Part shown: positions 1 to 13,561 of the stretch, piece by piece | How positions within the stretch are numbered: the stretch's first letter is position 1 | How the letters are laid out: each line of letters opens with the position of its first letter | Assembly: GCF_009914755.1 (NCBI RefSeq) | Contig: NC_060942.1 | Reading direction: 5' to 3' (one strand) | Length of the DNA: 64,000 bases | Source: the human T2T-CHM13v2.0 reference genome, Homo sapiens | Notes under the pieces: model-generated | The model's input: the letters and a program-made list of their open reading frames with translations, nothing else | The model's database searches: none | Told to the model about the DNA's origin: nothing | Position numbers and translations under genes: made by a program

Positions 1-82
1 TCTAAATGATCAGAAGCAAAGATTTCTTCAAACTTTAGCAAATGTCCCCTAGTGGCAAATCACCCCCAGGTGAGAACCTTTG
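1..82 (+). mobile_element. MER20-like hAT DNA transposon, 3' terminal fragment
   Basis: AAATGTCCCCTAGTGGCAAATCACCCCCAGGTGAGAACCTTTG resembles the MER20 terminus (AAATGTCCCCTGGGGGGCAAAATCGCCCCCGGTTGAGAACCACTG). Confidence 0.6.
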
Positions 83-1009
83 CTCTAGTTTAATAAATGC
101 AAAACCAAAAGTGTTAGGAAATAAAAATTTAACTAGATTATGAAAGGGTTAATTCTGGTGTGCATGGGGAGTGCAGGAAAGGAGAGGTCAGAGTCATATT
201 CACAGGCCACTTTTTCTGAACAGCCTCCTGAACTATAACTAGGATAGTGCACAAGTCAGCCAGGAGGAGGTGAGACCATTACAGGGAAGGAGACAACTTC
301 TGTAAAACATGAAGACCTGAAGGATCACGGGGATTCTTGATTCATCATTCCACACTGAATGGGGGAGGTTCAGAAAAGAAAGCAGTTTGTTATGTAGGTG
401 CTAGATCGTAGCAGACACTGAAGCCTTTCCAAGAAACTGACAAACAAAACCATGTTTGTGATGGGGAAAGAGTGATCATTTTCGCAGGCAAGTAATTTGA
501 TCAGATTTCAGGTTGAGAAATGCAAATTGGTTGCAGTGTGAAGAAAAAAAAACTGAAGGGAGACAGTTATATACAAGTTAAGGACTTGACTGCATGTAGG
601 CAAAAATACAGAGAAGAAGGAAGAGGAGTATCTGCCATTGAGTATAACTGGGAAAATATATTAAACTGAATTTTTGGTTCATAATGAACATAATTATATT
701 TATATTTATTTAAAATAATTGCCTACTATGTATATTTAATGTGTGAGCATGTGTGTTTGTGTTTATAAACTGGTTCTAGGTTCCAGTATTTTCTTTTTTT
801 AATTTGTGGGTATCAATCTTGCAACAGTCTAATAAAATAATGACTTTGGCTGATGTTTTCCACTTTTTTTGTCAATTCAATCTTTACAGTTTTTCATTGC
901 TTACAATAAATAACTACTTCTTAGTATAAGTTTTGTAAAAAGAAATATTAAATTGAAAATGGCCTAAAGATATTTAGACTGAGCCATATAGCAAACAGTT
1001 TGTTTCAGT

Positions 1010-1450
1010 GCTTGGGCGCATATCACCATTGGATGCCTTTACATTTTTAACACATTGACTCCCAACAGTCAACACCTGTCTCCTTCTAGAAGCCTTCCCT
1101 CAAGTTGTGATATCCTGCCTGCTGGCACTCATGGGTGGGGACATTGCCTGGGAACTTACATTTGCTTCTGAGGCAGCACTCAAAAGGGACATGAGGAGAA
1201 ATGCTCCAGATCTTCTCCTCCTGAGCAGGGCAACTCTGATGTGGCCTGTGCTAGCCCTGGAGCTTCCCTGCAGGATCGAGCCAAAGTTACTCCTTATCAT
1301 ATTTTGCTTGATATTTCACCTTTTCTTAGCCTCCATCCCTTCCTAGTACTTGCTTTCTCTAAACACACGACTAGTGTTTCCAGAAGTCAGTTGCTAATAT
1401 GTCAACACAAATCCTTGTTTCAAGACCTGCTTTTGGCAAACCCAACCTTT
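1010..1450 (+). mobile_element. Old ERVL-class solo LTR (LTR33-like)
   Basis: GC-richer island with GGGCAACTCTGA, GGAGCTTCCCTGCAGGATCGAGC and a 3' end AAATCCTTGTTTCAAGACCTGCTTTTGGCAAACCCAACCT, as recalled for the LTR33 family; explains the short ORFs at 1100-1495. Confidence 0.55.
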
Positions 1451-1844
1451 CAGTTTGTTTGTTTATTTCAGTTACCAGTGGAATACTGCAGATGACTAAT
1501 CATCATCAGGATATCTGGAGATGAATACAAAAAAATAATCTGGTTGAAGTTTTAGGTTATGTGGATCTCAAGGAAATAATCGTCATTTTTAACTGTTTTT
1601 ATCTCTTATCCTATGTAACACTATTCATTCATGTTTGCTCAAGCCTCTCAACATTTGGATTCAATACCTTTCAAATAAAAGAAATATGAACACGGATTTG
1701 TTAATGTATAAGCTGACCTATATGAAAACAGGTGGGTAGCAAAATTAGCATCCTGTCCTATTTCCAGTATACTTTTTAAAATTATGACCTCTTTCGCATT
1801 TGTCATTTGAGCTGGAGTTTTTTCTCATTAACCCTGACATTTAC

Positions 1845-2000
1845 TCATTCATTTGCTTGTTCTCTTATTCATTTATTTATTCTTGCATTCATTGATAATC
1901 GATGTTGTTATTAAGTGCCGGGCTCTGTGCTAGTCATTAGGAAACAATCATGCATTAAAGAGTTCCTCTTCTATACACAAAGTGACACTAATGTGTAATA
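1845..2000 (-). mobile_element. L2 3'-end fragment
   Basis: TCATTCATT-like repeats followed by TATTAAGTGCCGGGCTCTGTGCTAG. Confidence 0.5.
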
Positions 2001-2974
2001 TCTTAGAGGCATATGCTCCTATCAATTAATAAAAGATAAACAATTTGCTATATTCTGTCATGGAATATTAAGATATTACACATCATAGTCATTTTAAAAA
2101 GTAAAAGCATAACTAAAGATAAATTAGGCAATCCTACCTTACACATACAAAAAATTTCAGAAAAAGTAAATGCTAAAAGGAAGAAATTGGTCAGTTAAAA
2201 TCAGAGTGGTTTTGCATAAACAGGCTGCAGGACAGACACTGAATGTCTCTTATGCTTTAGCGAAAGCATGATGGGAATGTGCAGTTAGGGGCTACCTGAG
2301 ATTTTTCCTGATGTAACTTCAAGAGTCTTAATAAGAACTATGATTCCCACTATGCGGTGTGCTCACCCTAGCTGAATCTCCAATGCTGCCCAGAACTGTA
2401 ATTTTTATGATAAACCTCCTATTAAGTGTTCATTTAATTGAATAACTGCATTTAATTAATCAAAATACTGTTCATAGGCAATGAAATACATTATCCCCAC
2501 ATTACACATGAAGTAATATTCAAATAGCCTCAGGAGGTTAGCACATAATAAATTCTTAGTAATATCTTCTATCTATAGCACTGTTTTTCTAAAAGTTATC
2601 TTTGCCTGAGTAAAGTATTAAGGAAATAATAGATGTGCTTTTCCCTATTTAAGACCTTGTGTGAGGGTGATGGGTGTAGGGTCATCCTCTGTGTATGAAA
2701 ACAACCTAGGAGCTAGGAGTCAAAAGCACAGGTTTAGGGGTAGCTCAGATACTCCCTGCCATATCTTTCCTTTGTATAGTTTTTAAAAATGTATTTAACT
2801 TCTAATATATTTCATTTTATTACTTGAATTAGGAGAAACAGTGCTGTAGCTTAGAATAGAGCTTCATAGTGTTTAAGGTGTTTCCATTATGGCATGAGCA
2901 TATTAGAGACAGTTCTCTGTTTACCTTGCAAGGATGATTCAAGGTCAAAAAGTACTTAGAACACATAAAAAAGT

Positions 2975-2976
<2 letters not shown>

Positions 2977-3014
<38 letters not shown>
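2977..3014. repeat. (GT)19 microsatellite
   Basis: Perfect dinucleotide run read directly. Confidence 0.97.
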
Positions 3015-3018
<4 letters not shown>

Positions 3019-4714
3019 ATTTAAATTAATCATAATACTAATATGTATGACTTGTCAGATTCATGGGGAATTCCTCCAATCACATAAAATTGATTTCTAA
3101 TTAATGAAAACCAGAAACAAAGTAGAATTGATTAATAAAAACTGCATAGGACAGTGATGAAAAAAACATTTTTAGTAGCTCTTATCAAATATCTTGGTGT
3201 CTATGGACGTTCTGTTTTTTACAAGTTGTTGCTATAGTCTAGCTGCAGATAACTGCCAAACATTGATTTCCAAACTTCTGTTTCAGCTGAATAAATATCA
3301 ATAAATCGCTAAAGGTAAAAAAAAAATTCTTTGTTCCTGATGTTGTAACATCCTACATTTCTTGCTATCTTAAAGTACTCTAACCATAAAGGAACATCAC
3401 TGGAGGTAAACACTGTGAACAGATATATCTGGTGGTTGTTTTGTAAATGAATTTCTTTCTTAATTCTTTCTTTTGAAATGGTTTGACCTCATATTTATAT
3501 TTTGAAACTTCATGGGTTTTTAATTTTATAGCTATGTAGTAGGATAATACAGAGTGGAGGATGGCATTTATGAATTTCACTTTTTTATTGTATGGTAGCA
3601 ACCTTTCCAAACATTCTCAAACAAAAGCAATCCATGATTCAAAGACTAGCTGAGAAACATAATATAGGTTGACAGAAACAGAGCATGCACCCAAATAATG
3701 CAAGTTTGCATAAAGAGGATAGACCTCCTAGGTAGGAAGAAAACAACTCTGTTTCTACAAACAACACATATAATTCTTGTTTTGACAGCTGGCTTAAAAA
3801 TCCCTCACTGTAGAAGAAGAAATTTCTCCATTAACACTGAAACAGTTTTCACTGATTAGTTGTAGGGGAGATTAAATAATTTTTCTCTTGGAACATCACA
3901 TACTAAAAGATTATTCACCAAAAAGACATATAGCAATGACAATATTCACTATATTATATAATATTTTCCTATGTTACTATTTTTATTCTAATTTTGTATT
4001 CAAATTTGTGTTTTAAAAAAGATTCCACCATTCTTAAAATATAAATTATGAAAACTTTCTACATTCATGATATTTTATATCCTTAACAAAGTAATCTACC
4101 TGCTAGTTGCAAAGGGATGGAATATATACTATATACAATATAATATATAGACCTATAACAATGTAAGTGGCTCAGAAGACCCACAATAACTTTATTGTAA
4201 ATAAACTTGAGAGCTAGTTTACAAAAGTGGACATTGGGAGACAATAAAATATAGCATTGTTCAACTCAATAATATCTCAGTCTCTACCACTTCTCTGAAT
4301 GTTATGTATTATCAAGACAGCATTAAGACAAATACTAATTTACTTTATAAAATATCAATATCCTATTAATTTCAATGAACTCAAAATGACAAAAAAGTAA
4401 TTGCTTCAGAAATTTAGCAAGATAATTAGATTAGTCTACTTATCAAATAAGAAAGTTCTCAAACATCTTTCATACAAAATTCCACAGGCTGCCTCTAAAG
4501 GGTTTATCACACCTTGATATATGTTCAAAGTTTCAAATATTCCTTCATAGCCTTCTATTGGAACAGATTTCCCCACTTCCTTGACCTGAAATTTACATTA
4601 CAACAATAATTCTTCTGGCTAGCTTCTAAAAACACAACCATTTTCTCCAAAAGACAAAAATTAAAATAAAAATGTTCACCGTATTAGGTAGAAATGGCTA
4701 TTTTAAAAGTTTAC

Positions 4715-5440
4715 TTGTTAGTTTTCAACAGTGCCCTTTCAGCAGTGGACAGGTATTCCAGAGAGATAATCAAGAAAGAAACATCAGACTTAATCCTGCA
4801 GTCTAGACCAAACAAACCTAATAAATATTTATAGGATATTTCACCCAATGACGGCAAAATACACATTCTTTTCCTCAGCACATGGATCATTCTTAGCAGT
4901 AGACCATATGTTAGGCCAAAAAACAAGGCTTAAAACATTCAAAATGTTGAAATAATATCAAGCATCTTCTCTGACCACAACAGATAAAACTAGAAATCAA
5001 TAAAAATACGAATTTTGGAAACTACATGAACACATGGAAATTAAACAATACGCTCCTGAATGACCAGTTGGTCAATAAAAAATTAAAAAGGAAATTGAAA
5101 AATTTCTTGAAACAAACTATAATGGAAATAAAACATACCAAACTTAAGGGATACAGCAAAAGCAGTACTAAAAGGGAAGTTCATAGCTATAACTACCAAC
5201 CTTAAAAAAGAGGAAAAACTTCAAATAGACATCTTAAAGAACTAGAAAAGAAAGAACAAATGAAACCCAAAATTAGTAGAAGAAAAGAAATAATAAAGAT
5301 CAGAGCAGAAATAAATGAAATTGAAATTTTTTTAAAAATACAAAAGATCAATGAGATAAAAAGTTGGTTATTTGAAGTTAAAAAACAAAAAGAAAGAAAG
5401 AAAGTTGGCAAACATTTAGCCTGATTAACAAAAAAAGAGG
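4715..5440 (+). mobile_element. L1 (L1MA/L1PB-age) ORF2 endonuclease-region fragment, degenerate
   Basis: ACACATTCTTTTCCTCAGCACATGGATCATTC..AGACCATATGTTAGGCC, CTTCTCTGACCACAA, CTCCTGAATGACCAGT, GGGATACAGCAAAAGCAGTACT. Confidence 0.88.
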
Positions 5441-5449
5441 GGAAAACAC

Positions 5450-5720
5450 CCTCCCCCCTGCCCAACCCTCGCTCTCACGGACTAACCTTAACAGCCTCCG
5501 AAAGCCATCCTTCCACTCTCTATCTCCATAAGTTCAAATGTTTTGATGTTTAGATCTCGGGAATAGGTGAGAACATATGTTTGTCTCTCTGTGCCTGGCT
5601 TATTTCACTTAACATAATGACACCCAGGTTCATACACATTGTTGCACATGACAAGATTCTATTTTCTTTTTCATGGCTAATAGTCCTCTATTGTGTATAT
5701 GTATGACATTTTCTTTATTC
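5450..5720 (-). mobile_element. L1MA 3'-region fragment
   Basis: TCTGTGCCTGGCTTATTTCACTTAACATAATGAC...GTTGCACATGACAAGATT is antisense L1MA 3' sequence. Confidence 0.85.
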
Positions 5721-5947
5721 ACTGCAGGCTTGAATCCCTAGGCTCAAGTGATTCTCCTGCCTCAGCCTCACAAGTAGGTACAACTATAGGCCCACAGCAC
5801 CAGACCCAACTAATTTTTTTGTGTGTGTGTAGAGATGGGTCCTCATCAAATGGCCTATGCTGGTTCAAACACCTGGCCTCAAGCAATCCTCCCACCTCAG
5901 CCTCCCAAAGCGCTGGGATTACAGGAATGAGCCACCAACACCTAGCC
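5720..5947 (-). mobile_element. AluJ, lacking its 3' end and tail
   Basis: Antisense Alu core CCTCCCAAAGCGCTGGGATTACAGG with J-type CTCAAGCAATCCTCCCACCTCAGCC; highly diverged. Confidence 0.9.
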
Positions 5948-6095
5948 ATCAATTGATTTTTGACAAAGACGCCAAAAATACATCATAGGAAAAGGACAGT
6001 CTCTTCAATATACGGCATTGGCAAAACTGGATATACACATACAGAAAAATAGAATTAGGTCCTTAGTTTACACCCTATACAAAAATAAGCTCAAA
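5948..6095 (+). mobile_element. L1M ORF2 fragment
   Basis: AATTGATTTTTGACAAAG..GGAAAAGGACAGTCTCTTCAAT..AAAACTGGATAT. Confidence 0.8.
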
Positions 6096-7009
6096 TATTA
6101 TTGGGAATTGTATATGTGTCATTTCTTTCATGCTGTTTTCAAGATACCCTTTTTGTGACTTTTTAGAATTTGAGTACGGTGTGTCTAGGCATTAATCTCT
6201 TTGAGATCATCACACTTGGAGTTCTTTGAATTTCTCAAATGTTTATATTAAAGTTTTCATCACACTTGGGAAATTTTTGGCTATTTGTTCTTCTAATACT
6301 CTTTCTTCCCCTTTTTCTTTCCACTCTTTTTCTGGGGTTTCAGTTATGCATATGCTGATACCCTTGATGGTATCTCACAAGCCCCTAAGGCTCTATCCAT
6401 TTTTCTTAATTATTTTTTCTTTCTGTTTCTGAGACTAAATAATATCAAATGACCTAACTTCAGATTTGCTATTTTTTTATGCCTCAAATTTGCTGTTGTG
6501 TTCCTCTTGTAAAATTTTCATTTCAGTTATTTTACTTTCTAATGTCTGTGGTTCTTTATATACATATATAATGACATCCAGGTTCATACATGTTGCACAT
6601 GACAGGATCATGTGAAATAACATATGTGTGTGTGTGTGTGTATATATATATATAACCACAGGAACTTATATATATATGTGTGTGTATATATACATATATA
6701 CATATATATAGTATACTATATATATAAAGAACCACAGAAATGAAATAAAATGAAAATATACTTTCTATAGCTTTATTGGTAATCTTTATATATACATATA
6801 TATACCCATACACACACACTTTCTATATCTTTATTGATAATTTTTATCTGGTAAGACAATAAGGTCATAATTTGCTTTAACTATTTAGATACAGTTTCCT
6901 ACAGTTTTTTGAAAATATTTATAATAGCTGATTTGAAGTCTGGCCAATACCTGAGCTCTCTCAGGGACAATTTTTCTTGACATTTTTCATAGGTTCATAG
7001 GTGTTACAC

Positions 7010-7434
7010 TGTTCCATTGGTGGGCAAGTCTACGGAAACCTACTCCTGAAGGTCCAAGGAAGCGGAGAGGCTGAAAAAAGAAGCTGTCATATCCATTTGC
7101 TCAGAAAGAAACATTTAATAAGGAATTCCGACTACAAGCGGCATCTGTGCCTTTGGCAGCCGCAAGACAAGACAGTGATCCCCTCACCATTACCCTCCAG
7201 ACCCAGGGCTTATATAACCATAGGAAAGGGAATACATGACTCAGAAGAAATGTGTGGGACAATTGAAGAGCGATTATATCTAGGTCGTTTGGACCTAATG
7301 ATTTATGGTAAGTATGGACTTTTACACAAGGAACAATAGATAAACTGGAAATCACAAGCCTTCCCGCAACTGTAGTTAATCACAAGTCAACATGGTGGAT
7401 TAGTGTCTCAGAGGGAGTTGCTTCAGTCTCCACA
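7010..7434 (-). mobile_element. Solo LTR (LTR47-like, ERVL class)
   Basis: TG...CA termini. The minus strand begins TGTGGAGACTGAAGCAACTCC and has a TATA box (TTATATAA 7210-7217) and an ATTAAA signal. Near-TSD TACAC/CACAC. Confidence 0.65.
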
Positions 7435-7502
7435 CACACTTTCTATTTCTGTGTATGCTTAATGATATATTAGTGAAAATTTGATTTTTAAATTAAGTAT
7501 TG

Positions 7503-7626
7503 AAAATGGATAATATAATGTCCAACTCTGAAAATTATATTTCCTCTCAGGGCTTTAAATCAAGGACTTAAAATGGATAATATAATGTTCAACTCTGAAA
7601 ACTATATTTCCTCTCCTTTCAGGGCT
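7503..7626. repeat. Local duplication, 46-bp unit x2 (period 67)
   Basis: AAAATGGATAATATAATGT(C/T)CAACTCTGAAAA(T/C)TATATTTCCTCTC at 7503-7548 and 7570-7615. Confidence 0.92.
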
Positions 7627-10600
7627 AATTTTTATTGTTTATTTGCTGTTGTTGCTGCTATTTATTCATTCATTGACTTGTCTGGACTAATGAGTGAAAT
7701 CTGTATTTTCTATAATATTAGCCAAATGATATCTCTTTTTAGTTAGATTAGTGCTCAGTTAATTATTGGTCAGTGATTTCATTAAATGCCTTGAATCACT
7801 GTTCTTTTACTCTTTGCCAAGAAGCTCTGGGTGAAGGTTGAAATAATTTTCAATAGTTGGCAGTTGACAACATTTCATGTTCTTGCCTTAGCCTTCCCTT
7901 AATAGTTAAAACAGGTCCCAATTGTTAGCTAAGGGTGACAGATGGGACTCACTCATCTCTCCTGGACATTCAACTAGCCCTACATGCACACTTCATTTTC
8001 TAGATCCCAAGTAGTATGTGAATATACACGTGTTTTTCAAAAGTCCTAATATACATCTTGCTCCCAATATCTTCCTTTTCTAAGACTGGCCAAGTGCTTT
8101 ACCCCAACTGGTATCCTGCCCTCAGGCAGCCATAAAGTTGGATTACTGTTACTGATTGTTTTTGAAAAATGCCCTGAAGATAGGACTTTCTCTCCAGAGT
8201 GAGCTCTAAGCTGGTCAATAACAGTTGTAATTGGGTTTTTTCAGGGAACTGCAAGACAGGTTAAATAGTGACAAGGCTGTAGTTATTGGATTTTTTTTGA
8301 GAAGCTTGAAACTGGGTCTGACCCTCAATGGCTGCTAAGTCGGTACATTTGCAGCTTATATGTTTTCCAGGCTGCTGGTTTTCAACGTTTCCGTGGATCT
8401 AGAGAGAGGGTGATATGAAGTAGGAGGATGTGACTTGGTAAAAATCCACACAAATCTTCCATACTGAGGTTCAGTAGTTTTCCTTAAACTTCTCTCAAAT
8501 AGTTGCAAGGTTTTGGTTAATTTCTAGGGCTCCAAAAATATTAATTTTGACAATTTTACCATTTTTTAATGGGGAACAGATTTATGGAGGTTCTCACTCT
8601 GTAATCTCAGAGGTACCACCCTAGCCACTTATTTTAAACCATATCAAAATGGCCAATAATATTTCCAGGATGCTTATTTCAATATTAAGCAATTTAAAAT
8701 TACTTCTCACTGTCCTCCTTTCTAGTTGTGGTTTCAGCCTTTGAACCACAAGACATTTTATACGTACACTGACTTTCTAAACTAAAACCTCATTTGCCAG
8801 CACTCTGTTTCATATGAAGCATGGTTTCATATTAAGAGGAAAGACCATGTTTCTTACCAAAAGTCATTTAACTTCCTCTTGGGGGTAGGGAGGTATGCCA
8901 ATTATCCTTTTACCTCCCTAAAATTAAACAAAATAATATTATTGTATTAGAGTATAAAAATGTATGGGAAAGATAGGAGTACTTGATAGCACTAAATATT
9001 GTAATATGCATTTAAATTCAATCATTTAAAGTAAAAGTCTAAGTGTTGTAACTGAAGAGTGAGAAGATCTTATTTTTCTCTCCATACCAAGGCATTTTTT
9101 TTCCAATTTATAAATTAAATACTTTATAGAAAATATATCACTAAGACATTCAATGGATTGTTTAGAAGTATAATGACACATTATTATTCAGGAAACTAAC
9201 TACATGTTTGAAATTGCTTTGAAAATTGTTGCTTTCTGCCTGCTTATGACAATAAATTGGTTGCTTTTGGAAACTGACAACCAGTACAAGACCAGTTAAG
9301 AGAGTAAATATTTTGTCGTAAGGACAATTGAGTCCTGAGGCCACTCAAATTATTTTCATGCCTTGCTTTGATTTCCATGCTTGAACACTGGAGATCTTTT
9401 ATGTTTTTTTCTTCACGTGCTTATTTATACTTAGGAATCTGCGTGCAATAAATATATACATGTTAAATCTCGTCAGTGTATGAGTTCTATACCATTGTGT
9501 AGGAATAAACATGATTTTGTTACTAAAAGTCTTTTGACCCCTGTTAAAACAAACAAAACGAACATAACCATCAAAAAAACCTTTTACAAAGTCCACAAAT
9601 AACATAAATAAAGACAAACAAACAAACCAAAACAAGAAAGCCCTGAAATTATACTTCTTGGAGGAAATTGGAAAATACCCCCAAGATACGGTAGGGAAGA
9701 ATCAAAACAATACTACATAGCGTCATATAATAAATATTTACTTTGACATAAGACACAACAAATTTCATGTGTTTTCAATGATGTGTCCTCATATAATTTC
9801 CAGTCATTCATAATTACAATAATTTCTCTAAATTCATATGATTTATCAGTCTGGTCTTCTGCAGCCATGCCCATACAAAATACTATGTAAGAGCTCTCAA
9901 ACTGAATCTGGATTTGCTTAGTATTCAATGGCCTTAATGGAAAGGTGTATTACTGCTGTTAACACTGCCTAATAACTTGAATTTTATTAGGCTCTGTTGG
10001 TCTTAGATTCTCTTATATATTTTTCTTGTGTGGGTGTTGTATCTGACCTTAAAAATATGGCTTATCTTCAGTTGTCTGCCACCTACATCTAAGTTTCAAT
10101 TTTGATGGTTCTTAAATGCAATGATTCTCAAATGGTGTTCCAAAGAGCCCTAAGCTTCCATTAAAATACCTTATAAACTATCACATAATGGGTGACTGAT
10201 AACAGTATAGACCTCTGTGTCAATCAGAACATTTACTTTTAATCTTATATCCTGTCTCAAGTTTCATTTGAAAATAAAGAAAACAGAAGGAAAAAAAGAA
10301 AAAGCAAAGAAAAAAAAGGGAAAGAAATAGTTGAGGAATTCCATATAAAAGCAGAATTCTGAATAAAATACAAAACTCTCACCAACATGCAATACTAATT
10401 TATTTGCCTCAATGATACCTTGCTATCCTTACCTAAGGCTCTGAAATAAGCATTTTTCCTATTTCTTTTACATCAACAGATGAATATATTGTGCTCAGAG
10501 AAAAGACACTAGGAAGGTAATAGCAGAAAACAATAATCCCCTTTGTTATGGTTTTTGCCTATTCTCACATTTCAGATTTTCCTCTAAGACCAAGAACAAA

Positions 10601-11729
10601 AACATGGAAAATGTTAATACTTTTAAGTGCTTCCAACTTACATTCACACCAAAAGTCCTTAATGAGTTCTTGGCACCACATATACATTTTAGAATCATTT
10701 TATGATGGCCTAGTGTAATTTAATTATGTACAACAAATTTGTTCAGCAAGGACAACAAGGAAATATTTTAATGCTTTTTATTGCAATGTCAACTCATTTT
10801 TGTACACTCTGTCTACAGTTCTTTCGTCAGAGCTGGCTTGGAAATTCATCATATAAAGTACTACAGAAAAATATCTTACCAGAGTCAGTACACTGTCTTT
10901 TACATTCATCCAAAATCGCTTCTCCATTTGCCTATCTAAACTGTTATACTCTCTGTCTTAATTTACTTGGGAGTTTTCCAATGTCTTGACATTGTAGTTT
11001 GGCTTTTTGAATTGTCTTCTTCCCTTCCTGCTTGTTTTGGTGACTTATTCATAGCCTCTTCTCTGCATCACAAAATTCTGCCATCCTATTCAGTTAACAC
11101 TCTTCTCAGATATTTTGATTTTTATATGATTTTCTAGTCCAACGAAGAAGACTCAATTAGTCTCTGTACTATGAGATCCTATGAATTAAAATATTCTTAT
11201 TTGTGTCTCAGCTGAGAAAACAAATGATGGAGGAGGCAGGTGCCATTAACAATTACAAATCCGAAGGACAGCACTTTTTGATCGACTCCTAGTGCCTGGA
11301 CCCATGTACTGTATAGCAATTAAGTAATTAATGACTTACCTTCAAGTTCTGCAAGAGCCGTGGTTATTATTCTTGGTGCAAGTAACACTAGGTGTTCACT
11401 GGTCTTGACAGTTTTTCTATTGCAAGAAGCATATACACCATCAATTTGTATCACAGGAACCATAATTCAAGGATAACTTCAGTGTGATTACAGGGGAAAT
11501 ATAATGATGAGTTTTCCTATTTTAACAACTATAAAAAAATTATATTTTAGTTGAGGGTTCCTTGACTTCCTATAGAATACATCTGACAGATCTGTCAATT
11601 AAGTTTGAATCAAATTTGGAAATTGTTCATTCTGTCAAAAGTCAGAGGCAGTGGCAAGATATGCATTTTTGTTCTCATTTCCAGTGAAACAAGTTTATTA
11701 GAATAAAGTTTAAAAGTAAGCTTGATTTA

Positions 11730-11814
11730 GGAAAGAAGAAGAAAGACGAAGAAGGAGGAGGAGGGGAGAAAAAGGAAGAGGAGGAGGAGGAGGAGGAGAA
11801 GGAGGAGGAGGAGA
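11730..11814. repeat. (GAA)n/(GGA)n polypurine tract
   Basis: Near-pure purine run read directly. Confidence 0.92.
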
Positions 11815-12874
11815 TATCCCTAAAAGAGGCTGTTCAGGATAGACTAATAAATTTCAAAATATGTAGAAAGCAGAAAATTTTGACCTAAAATCAAGAAAAT
11901 AAAATAGGTCTATAGATGGTTATTCATTGATTATGTAGATAATAAAATTTGTAAAAATGTAGTTTAAAATAACTACTATAAATATAAAATTTAGACAATA
12001 TGGTTACTACTACAATAGCTGAAGAGATAATATATTTCAGAAGAAATTTGAAAACAAAACAACAAAATAGAATTATAGAACTGAAATACAAAAATGCCAA
12101 ATTTAAAAATTAAATAAATCGATCAAAGGAAAAATGAATACTGTACAAAAATTTAATAAATCTGAAGACAGGTTAATAGAAAATATGAACTATAAAAATG
12201 AAAGACTGAAAAAAGAAGCATAATATTATGGACTGTGAGATAATATTAAGTCATCTCCCACATGGGTGATTGAAGTTCCAAAAGATCAGGTGAAAAAAAA
12301 AATGGGAAAATGATATAGATGTGATGATGAAAATAGTTGAATTATTCTGAATTGCATTTTTACATGAAATCATGAATCTAAGAAACCATGAAACCCAAAA
12401 ATACGGGGGAAAATTATCTAAAATAGAGAAAGAATACATAACAATATTGTCATCTTAAAGTTATATATCTAGCAAAATATCCTTTAAAATTGAAGACACA
12501 AAAATTCATATAAATGAATGTCAAGAGAATTTATTGTTTATAGAGATGAACTACCAGAATATTAAATAAAGTTCTTTAGGATAAAGGGAAATGATACCAA
12601 AAGGATGATTCATTATACGTTAAACATCATAGATTAATAGGAATGTTAAATGTGTTAGTAAATGCAAAAGACTATGTCTTAAAATTTATTTAAGTTATAG
12701 TCCTATAAAGCAAAAATAATATTTAGTAAGACAAAAACTTTATAAATTAATATTTGACAATAATAATACAAAAACTTGAGGGAGTGTAAAAAAATTTGTA
12801 CTATTATAGATTTCTTACACTAGAAGTGAAGTGTACTGTAACTTTTTCCTAATATATAATGTAATCCATAAATA

Positions 12875-13021
12875 ATTTTTTTAAATACTTTAAAAATTTT
12901 ATATAGAGACACAGTCTCACAATATTGCTCAGGCTGGTCTCAAACTCCTGAGCTCTAGTAGTCCTCTTGCCTTGGCCTCCCAAAGTGCTAGGGTTACAGG
13001 AATGAGCCATAGTGCCCAGCC
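12875..13021 (-). mobile_element. FLAM / free left Alu monomer
   Basis: Single antisense monomer; TSD ATCCATAA(A/G)TAATTT on both sides. Confidence 0.88.
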
Positions 13022-13561
13022 ATCCATAAGTAATTTGTTGAATGTAAAATTAAAAACAACAACAACAACAACAAAAAACCACATAGCTAAAAGTCCAATA
13101 AGGCAGAAATACGTTAATAACTAAAATATCTAAATTATTGATTAACCAACATAAATTTCCAAAGACACAAAAATATAACTCATTAAGTCGAAATAAACCC
13201 TGCCCTTGATTTTAAAGCAGAAATTGTCAAATTAGAGGAAAAGAAAGAATACTATGTTGTTTAATATAGGCACAATTTTTAAATAAATTAAAAAATTTAA
13301 AATTTGAAACACAATTCTACATTTTTTAAAATAGACACAATTTAAAAATAAAGACAGATAGAAAAAATTGCCGTAGAAATATATTACGTGTAAATGAAAG
13401 TCATAATAAAGCATCCCTAATATCATGCAAAGTAGATTTCAACATGGGGAGTATTAACCAACAACAACAACAACAAAAGGAACATTTTTTAATGGAAAGA
13501 GATCCATTCACGAAGAATACCACAATTTAATATGTGAATGCCTATAAGAGACTTTCAAATT

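Larger units (their letters stand above)
6100..8620 (-). mobile_element. Old L1M 5' region (ORF1 and 5'UTR), interrupted by a TA-rich insert and an LTR
   Basis: T-rich antisense L1 ORF1-like text (TTGGGAAATTTTTGGCTATTTGTTCTTCTAATA; TTTTCATTTCAGTTATTTTACTTT); distal boundary approximate. Confidence 0.6.
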
